Assembly: GCA_950097015.1 (NCBI GenBank)
Contig: CATNEN010000038.1
Coordinates: 10,974,001 to 11,038,000, forward strand
DNA: 64,000 nt
Direction: 5' to 3'
DNA from: Macrostomum hystrix
Lineage: Eukaryota; Animalia; Platyhelminthes
The notes below the pieces were generated by a model, which saw only the letters and a list, made by a program, of their open reading frames with translations, was not told the origin of the DNA and searched no databases. Made by a program: the position numbers and the translations under genes. Below are positions 1 through 9,600 of the stretch, piece after piece; position 1 is the first letter of the stretch, and each line of letters starts with the position of its first letter.

Positions 1-625
1 GTTTGTTTAATCATCGTGCGTCAGATTGACAGCATTTGTGCGATCAACGTGCGTCAGATAGATAAACGTTTGTTTAATCATCGTGCGTTAGATTTACATC
101 GTCCGTGCAATCATCATGCGTCAGATTGACATCGTTCGTGCAATCATCGTGCGTCAGATTGACATCGTTCGTGCAATGATCGTTCGTCAGATTGAAAGCA
201 TTTGTGCAATCAACGTGCGTCAGATAGATAAACGTTTGTTTAATCATCGTGCGTCAGATTTACATCGTCCGTGCATTCATCGTGCGTCAGATTCCGCGTT
301 TGTGCAATCAACGTGCGTCAGATTGACAGCATTTGTGCAATCAACGTGCGTCAGATAGATAAACGTTTGTTTAATCATCGTGCGTTAGATTTACATCGTC
401 CGTGCAATCATCGTGCGTCAGATTGACATCGTCCGTGCAATCATCGTGCGTCAGATTGACATCGTCCGTGCAATCATCGTGCGTCAGATTGAAAGCGTTT
501 GTGCAATCCTCGTGCGTCAGATCGATTAACTTTTGTGCAATCATCGTGCGTCAGATTAATAATCGTCCGTGCAATCATTGTGTATCAGGTAAAAAGAGTT
601 AGTGTGCGATTGTCATGCGTTAGAT
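1..625. repeat. Minisatellite, ~33-nt unit GTGCAATCATCGTGCGTCAGATTGACATCGTCC
   Basis: Direct inspection. Confidence 0.9.
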
Positions 626-696
626 GACGATTCTGACAATCTTCATTCGGCCAGTTAAAACAGCACGCTGATCTGTTGTCCCGACCAGCTCCTAGC

Positions 697-3600
697 TCAA
701 ACTTCCGTGTTCGACTGCAGCTTCAACGCGTTGCTCTGCTGCAGAATAAAGCTGAGCGTCTCGTGACGCATCCAGGCAATCTGGCGCCTCAGTTGGTCCA
801 GGGTCTCTGTCTGGCTGCTGATCGTCTGGCTCAGCGAGGCGACATCGCTGCGCAACTTCTCATTCTCCTGCGCGATTCAGAAAAGTGGCCAAGAACGTAG
901 TTTATTGTGGACTCAATGCTTTTAAGGCCCTCTGAGTTCTTTGTGGACCGGGCATACATTTTTCAGTAAGTGTGCCCCCTGAAAAAATACCTGAGAAACT
1001 CGGCTGATATCAGCAATGAAGCTTTCCGTCTCAGTCTGCACTTCGGTCTCTTTTCTGTTGGACAGCGGAGAAAGCGGCGAAGACGGAGCCGACGAGCCCG
1101 AGCCTGAGGTCGAAGCCGAGCCTAAAGCCGAGCCTGAAGCCGAGCCTGAAGCCGAGCCTGAACCTGAGCCTGAAGCCGAGCCTGAAGCTGAGCCTGAAGC
1201 CGAGCCTGAAGCCGAGCCTGAAGCCGAGCCAGAAACTGAACCTGAAGTCGAGCCTGAAGCTGAGCCTGAAGCCGAGCCTGAACCAAAGCATGAAGCCGAG
1301 CCTGAATAAGCAGAGCCTGAAGCCGAGCCTGAAGCCGAGCCTGAAGCCGAGCCCTTGCCATAGGATGAAGCTGAGACACCAGCACTATCTGAGTTCGAGC
1401 CTGAATTTTAATGGTTAGAGTAGGATATAGAATATAGAAACTGATGCAGCGAATTTTCTGTCGCTTGATAAGTTTATGTAAAAACGAGCCACACACCGTC
1501 AGTGGAGGAGTTGTGCCTGGCGCTGTGGCCGCGGCATTCGATGACAACGGCGTCTTTGCAGTGCTTGTGCACGCTGATGCCGCAGTCGCGGCACTTCCAG
1601 CCCTGCCGCCTGATGCCCCACAGCAGGCCGGCGCAGCGATCGCAGAAGGTCGGCCGGATGTAAGAGTTGGCGTGGAAATTGTGGCTGAAGCTCATCTTCA
1701 GCTCGGGAGAATTGACTCGGATAAAGTAGGCCTGCAGTTCCGACTTCGAGATGTGCCCGTCGCTGTGTTGGAGTGTTTCTCTGAGGAGCTAATTATCCAA
1801 CTTAGTGGCACAGCCATCCGGGAGGCTTTGCTTATTTAGACATTAGATGAATTTGGGATTGGGGTTGGTTGTTAGGAGTGGGGCTGGTGTAAGGAGTGGG
1901 ATTGGTGTAAGGAGTGGGATTGGTGTAAGGAGTGGGGTTGGTGTAAGGAGTGGGGTCGGTGAAAGGAGTGGGATTGGTGTAAGGAGTGGGATTGGTGTAA
2001 GGAGTGGGGTTGGTGTATGGAGTGGGGCTGGTGTAAGGAGTGGAGTTCGTGAAAGGAGTGGGGTTGGTGTAAGGAGTGGAGTTCGTGAAAGGAGTGGGGT
2101 TGGTGTAAGGAGTGGGGTTGATCTAAGGAGTGGGGTTGGTCTAAGGAGTGGGTGCTGTATGGAGTGGGTGGTGTATGGAGTGGGGTTGGTGTAAGGAGTG
2201 GGGTTGGTGTAAGGAGTGGGGTTGGTGTAAGGAGTGGGGTCGGTGTAAGGAGTGGGATTGGTGTAAGGAGTGGTGTTGGTGTATTGAGTGGGGCTGGTGT
2301 AAGGAGTGGAGTTCGTGAAAGGAGTGGGGTTGGTGTAAGGAGTGGGGTTGATCTAAGGAGTGGGGTTGGTCTAAGGAGTGGGTGCTGTATGGAGTGGGTG
2401 GTGTATGGAGTGGGGTTGGTGTAAGGAGTGGGGTTGGTGTAAGGAGTGGGGTTGGTGTAAGGAGTGGGGTCGGTGTAAGGAGTGGGATTGGTGTAAGGAG
2501 TGGTGTTGGTGTATGGAGTGGGGCTGGTGTAAGGAGTGGGGTTGGTCTAAGGAGTGGGTGGTGTATGGAGTGGGGGTGGTGTATGGAGTGGGGTTGGTGT
2601 AAGGAGTGGGGTTGGTGTATGGAGTGGGGTTGGTGTAAGGAGTGGGGTCGGTGTGTTAAACGCAAGAGCCCGTAATTAGAATTTCTCGTCCTTTATCTGA
2701 AAACTCACTTATCGGCGTCTAAAACTGGGAACGAGTCGATGAAAGGAAAATTCTCAGCCACCTGTTGAAACTCAGCCTCCGAGATGAGGCCGTCCTTGTC
2801 CTGATCGTAGACCCTGAAGACTGCCTAAAAAGTGGCGACTTTTTTATTTTCTTGCAGAGTTTGATAGAAAAAAATCAGCTCTTACCTCCACCATGCCGCA
2901 GGTGTGTCGCTGTGAAGTCGCTCTGTCCTGCCGCTGCGCGCCGGAGATCCACTGGGCGAACTTCACCGGCTTGGCGGAGTGGGCCGGCTGGCGGTGATGT
3001 TTGAAAGCGGTGAGATCAAATGATTCGTTGCAATTAGTATAAAATGATGTCAGTAATATTTTCCTAACGGGCTTCGACTCCAGCTGTAACTCTTTCTTCG
3101 ATTCCAGCTACATCTCTAGCTTCGATTCCAGCGGCTTCTCTAGCTTCGATTCCAGCTACATCTCTAGCTTCGATTCCAGCTACATCTCTAGCTTCGATTC
3201 CAGCGGCTTCTCTAGCTTCGATTCCAGCTACATCTCTAGCTTCGATTTGAGCGGCTTCTCTAGCTTCGATTTGAGCGGCTTCTCTAGCTTCGATTCCAGC
3301 GGCTTCTCTAGCTTCGATTCCAGCTAAATCTCTAGCTTCGATTCCAGCGGCTTCTCTAGCTTCGATTCCAGCTAAATCTCTAGCTTCGATTCCAGCGGCT
3401 TCTCTAGCTTCGATTCCAGCTAAATCTCTAGCTTCGATTCCAGCGGCTTCTCTAGCTTCGATTCCAGCTACATCTCTAGCTTCGATTTCAGCGGCTTCTC
3501 TAGCTTCGATTCCAGCTGCAGCTGTTGCTTCTATTCCAGCTGTAACTCTTACTTCGAGTCGAGCATTAACTCTTGCTTTGATTCAAGCTGCTGCTCTTGC

Positions 3601-6600
3601 AGCTTGCAGCGCAGGTGCGTTCGATGCTTGGCCAATGAAAAGAACTGGTTCCACTAACCCCATGAACTTTGCAATGTGACAGTATTATATCATAGTGATT
3701 ACTATTTTTAGCTGTCTTGTGTTAGCAGTGTAAACAATCGTTTACTTTAAAAATAAAAATGGAGCTTGGAAAAAAACTGGAGACACAGGCGGAAAATCCA
3801 CGGTTTTTCCAGGGCTATTCCGTGGAAAAGCGGGCCATTCGCATCTGATTGCAAACACGCAGAGTAGGAAAATGTGCATTCTTTGTGATAGTTCTTGGCT
3901 CTGTTCAGGTATTATAATTTTTTCACTAAGAATTAAGTAGCTTGCTGCAACTAATCAGCCCAGTTTGCTTAAATAATGTTTTTCGAGACTTGCAGAGTGT
4001 CGACTTGGGGACTGTCCGAGAAGGCGACGACGGCCCAGCCGACAGACGAGAAAGCGCTGATGACGGACCTTCGCTGCAGCTGCTGCGCTGTTCGATGCAT
4101 TCCCGACTCCGCGGGCGTCTGCCGCCTTTGCCTGGCCTGCGTGCAGGGCAAGCAGAACCCCACAGGCTTCATCTCGGTGAAGAACTTCATCTGCCATTGC
4201 AGCTGCCATCCTGACTATGGCACTAGACGAGAGATCGCCAATCTGTTTGTCTTCTGTCCCAACCGGAGCGACGGCTGCAGGAAGCAGGTGAAGCGGGAGG
4301 AGTCGGACGCTCACCTGAAGCGCTGCGACTACGAGAAGCTGAACTGCTAGCAGTGTCGGAAGTCAGTTCTCAAGAAGCAACTCAAAGCGCACCTGAGTGA
4401 CGAGTGCCAACGCAAACAGCTGACCGCCACGTCAGCGGTAAATTCTACTCAGCTTGAAGATGTGAGGCTTGAAGTCAGCAGAATTCACGACAATTTCAAG
4501 AAGCTGCAGTTGAATGTGTCCCACTGGGCCCACACAACTCTAGAGTGTGAGGATTCGGCAAGAACATTTGGTGGTACATCGAAAATGCGATAGTTGTTTA
4601 AAGAATTTCGACGAAAAGATTAGCAAGGTGGAGAATCTGAGCACAGATGGAAGCAGCCGCAGATCAGGAGCCTGCTCAGACATTGCAGCAGACGGGAATG
4701 CATCCATGGTATGAGGATTGGCCACTCAAGGCGCCTGTGTCATTCAGGATGGCCAATCTGAAAGACAGGGCTGGCGACGTTTCCAAGGTTGTGCGATTCG
4801 ACACAGGCAGCCAGCGACCTTTGAGTCGCGATGATTTATCCGTGTTCATCGGCGACGCCAAGTTTATCAGCATCGACCAGCTCGAGAACTCGGTTCGTCA
4901 AGTTCGTCAAGAATGACTGCTTCTACTTGGAGGTTGAAGTGAAACAAAGTAAACTTGTTACAGAAGCTCAAATATTTTATTCTAGCAGCCTCAATAGGCA
5001 CTCCTTGAATTGGCCATTCTAGGAGAAAGAAAAAAAATTGCTCTAGAAATTTCCCGAGCTCCATGGTGTCTATTTTTGTCGCCAAAAACAAGCACACATT
5101 TTTAGAAAACTGGCCCCCTTCATCCTTACATCAGAAAGGGTCATCTTTGCATCTGCTACTTCTGCGATTCAATCTAAATCTAGAGTTCCCAGGTGCAGCA
5201 GCTATTTTAAAGAAAAAGACAAACCGAGTGCAAAAGAATATGAAATTTTCCTTACCGAGCCAAGAATCCGAGGCTCGCGCAGTAGCGACAATTCGTAGAT
5301 GTCGTCCTCAGTATAGTGACACTCCAGCGACGGCTGTTCGGGAATCGCGTTTAGTTGTCGGCATGGAGTGAGGTTGGTGTTAAAGAGTGAGGTGTTGTCG
5401 GCAGGGAATGAGTTTGTCGTTCGGCATGGAGTGAGGCTGTCGGCAGGAAGTGAGGTTGTCGGCAGGGAGTGAGGTTGTCGGCAGGGAGTGAGATTACCGG
5501 TCGGCAGGGAGTGAGGTTGTCGGCAGGGAGTGAGGTTGTCGGCAGGGAGTGAGGTTGGTGTTAGGAAGTGAGGTTGTCGGTCGGCAGGGAGTGAGGTTGT
5601 CGGCAGGAAGTGAGGTTGTCAGATTTAGTACAGTTTTCATGGGCTGAGGTGGGTGAGGGGAGTGGCAGTAAAAATTGAGTCTGGTTAGAAAAACTAGAGC
5701 CTGACCTTGAGCATTGAGCACAGACTGACATTCTCCTCAACGGGCAGTGTATTGTGCTGCGCATCGATCAGCAGAGCCACCGTGTGAGACATTTTGCTGA
5801 GCTTCACGAAGTTTACGAACTGCAGCTGGCCTTGACTGATGCGATCTGGTAGGGCAGCGTTCAATTGTATCATGTCCTTGAGATGCACGGCTCTGAAATC
5901 GGATTTAGATTTTGTTAATCAAAGATGATGGTGTCCTGAAATCATTCATCGAGCATTATTTGTTTCGAAAAAACACTAGAAAACAACGGGGCTGCTCACA
6001 CAATGGGAATGCGAAAGTCGGTTTGCTCGGCGAATTCCTTTCGATACACCGAGAAATTGCTGGCCGATGACAGCAGGCGAACAAAATCGTCCAGAGTCTG
6101 AAATGGAATTTTTCAAATCGGTCGTGGGGTCGGGGGTTCGAATCTTAATTCGGGGAAGCAATTTGTGCTATTCAGGTGGGTGTGTTGAAGAGGCTTAGTG
6201 GTCACGGATTCCAGTCACTGATGAACCCTGTCAACCTACCGACTCGGAAACCACAGACTCCAGTCACTGATGAACCCTGTCAACCTACCGACTCGGAAAC
6301 CACAGACTCCAGTCACTGATGAACCCTGTCAACCTTCCGACTCGGAAACCACAAGTTGGCTAGCGAGATGTTATGATCTGTTAGATCTAGCTCGTTAGCA
6401 CAATAAGAATTGCAGGACAGCGGGCAATGGCACATCGTTTGGTGACACTAGATCAAATAGAAATTCTGCCCATTTCGCTGACTCCTGAGCACACACGCAC
6501 ACAGATACTGTACGCAGACACACGCTCACACAGGTGTGTACATCTGCCCTGACTTTCTCATCGTCAGGCAGTGTACAATTTCACTGCGCCTTAGAGGTTG

Positions 6601-9600
6601 GCCCTCAAGGGCGCAAATTGCACGACAAGCCACCAAGCCTCCTCTCCGCGGCTGCGCCCCAAATGAATGTGGCCTCGCCGTGGAATCGAGCTCGGGGACG
6701 TTGGCACCATATTGGCGTGCGCAGTGAATATTTTGTACTCATATTTTATTTCTTCGATTTCATGCATTCTTTTATTATTTCGTTTTACTGTGATCATTCG
6801 TTTAAACGTGTTCACAGCATTTTTTTATTTATAGACATGAAGCTGAGGTCGCGCTACACACTTTTCATATTTTCATTTAATTTTCAAATATAATTTTACT
6901 AGTTTTAATAGAACAATAACTTTAATTTACAATATTAATAATCATGAATATTGATCCTTCTGTCTATGCTCAACGGAATTAACAGAAAAAAACAATAGAT
7001 ACGTACCAACTGCACCTTCTGTGAAAGGCAGGCGTGCGTCTTGCTCAGGCGGGCTATTGCGCTGTGATTTAGGCCGCCAATCACAGCCATCAGAGAATTG
7101 TAATTGTGCAGCCTGCGCAACTCCTTTGTTGATGGACAGTTTGTGTTTGGTGACGGATTGGAATGAGTCCTTGGAATACATTTTCGGGTCCATATTTGAC
7201 AGCAGAAAAACCAAGCTATTCCCCCAGGGGAAAGACAACACGGAGGTATTTCAAATACCCACTTTCAGTCAAGGCCAGCTGCAGTTCGTAAACTTCGTGA
7301 AGCTCAGCAAAATGTCTCACACGGTGGCTCTGCTGATCGATGCGCAGCACAATACACTGCCCGTTGAGGAGAATGTCAGTCTGTGCTCAATGCTCAAGGT
7401 CAGGCTCTAGTTTTTCTAACCAGACTCAATTTTTACTGCCACTCCCCTCACCCACCTCAGCCCATGAAAACTGTACTAAATCTGACAACCTCACTTCCTG
7501 CCGACAACCTCACTCCCTGCCGACCGACAACCTCACTTCCTAACACCAACCTCACTCCCTGCCGACAACCTCACTCCCTGCCGACCGGTAATCTCACTCC
7601 CTGCCGACAACCTCACTCCTGCCGACAACCTCACTCCCTGCCGACAACCTCACTCCCTGCCGACAACCTCGCTCCCTGCCGACAACCTCACTCCCTGCCG
7701 ACAACCTCACTACCTAACACCAACCTCACTACCTAACACCAACCTCACTACCTAACACCAACCTCACTACCTAACACCAACCTCACTACCTAACACCAAC
7801 CTCGCTCCCTAACACCAACCTCACTACCTAACACCAACCTCACTACCTAACACCAACCTCACTACCTAACACCAACCTCACTCCCTGCCGACAACCTCAC
7901 TACCTAACACCAACCTCACTACCTAACACCAACCTCACTCCCTTCCGACAACCCCAAACCGAATGTAGATCAACATTTTCTGCCCTTTACAATGAATACA
8001 CTTTAAAAGCTGTCCGAGTCAGCATCACCGAGATATTCAGCGATTCTTATCAAAGACCCTGGTGACAAGGATATTGCATATTGGTTCCATATTGGTTTAA
8101 ATAATTAAGAATTTAATCGATCCAAAAAAGTCAACAATAAAAGCCGACATGGACACATGTTGCAATTTTGTGAGCAGAAAAATAGGCCTATATTTGTGAT
8201 TCTTGCCACCAGACACCCTGACGAGAATCGTTGAATAATCTCGACGATGCCGATGTTTTGTGATTAAGAAGTTGTTTCATCGGATGGAGCGGATATTTTA
8301 GCCCGTCGTCAAGATTTTCATGGCGATTGGTTAAATATTTTGGGTATTTGAAATACCACCGTTGTCTTTCTACCGTTAGGGTTTTTCAATATAAGGGTTC
8401 AATATAATCCCGGGTCTTTGTTAAATCCTGAGGGTTTGCTCAATCCTGGGTCTTTGTTAAATCCTGAGGGTTTGCTCAATCCTGGGTCTTTGTTAAATCC
8501 CGAGGGTTTGTTCAATCCCGGGTCTTTGTTAAATCCTGAGGGTTTGTTCAATCCCGGGTCTTTGTTAAATCCTGATGGTTTGTTCAATCCCGGGTCTTTG
8601 TTAAATCCTGAGGGTTTTTTAACACCTAAGGGTTAGTTCAGTCTTTGTTTAACTGCGTGGGCGGTGAATTTTTCGCGGGTCTCACAGCGGCAACGCCCAG
8701 AATCTTGACAAAGACTTTGGCTCGGTCAGAGGCGGCAGTTCTGCTGAGTATCATGCACTGCACCCAGTGCGTCAGCCCGTTGAAGAGGCCGACTGAGCGC
8801 TCAAGATCCGGGCAGTCGTGCAGATTCTCAGACTTTGTGTACCTCTTCAGGTCCGAGATCTGGTTGCCAAGGGAGGTTCGAAGGTACTCTTGGTCGATTT
8901 GAGTCAATGAAACAATAGGCTTATGATTCTGCTTAAACAAACTGACCGTGATCTAACAGGTCACTTTATTATCTAACAGGTCACTTTATTATCTAACAGG
9001 TCACTTTATTATCTAACAGGTGACTCTATCTAATGGGTGACTATTGTCATTCTATTGGATCTAGGTGTATGTCTATATAACAGGTAACCAACCTATCTAT
9101 CATGTGTCTCGCCTATCTAACATGCGTCTTGATTATCTAACAAGTCACTCCCCTGAGTTGCAGGTAAATTTAGCGTTTGATACCGCTAAACTAACTGACC
9201 GTGATCTTTGTATAAGCCTTGAACTCCAGAACTGTTATCTGCGCCGCTAGAGTCTCCGGTTCCAACTGGTTAAACAGTGGGCAGCTGGCAGCCTCGTGAT
9301 GCTGCTGATGCTGCTGATGCTGCTGATGCTGCTGATGCTGCTGCGGCTGCTGCTGTTTTGACGTCCGGCGCTTGCGTTTTAGCGAATCCAGCTTTAGCCA
9401 GGCTGGCTTTGCTCTTGGGTGGGGAAATAATAGAATTAATAATAATAATAATAATATTTTATTACAACTGCCCCAATTGGGCCAGATGTGCAGCCGCCAG
9501 CACAGCCGCAGCTAGTGCGCGGCGCATCTGAAGGCTGCGTACGGCTGTTCAGTCCATGGACTGGTGGAACGCTACACCCACCCTCAATCACCCGAGCTAA

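Noticed and set aside
1016-1309. Plus-strand EPEA-repeat protein
   Set aside because: Antisense shadow of the RasGRP GSAS exon
4348-4350. Stop-codon readthrough or recoding in the TRAF copy
   Set aside because: Further stops, frameshifts and a truncated MATH favour decay; other genes in the window use the standard code
7021-7410. Second RasGEF gene on the plus strand
   Set aside because: Chimera of antisense exon, TIR sequence and the inverted exon fragment; no other exons
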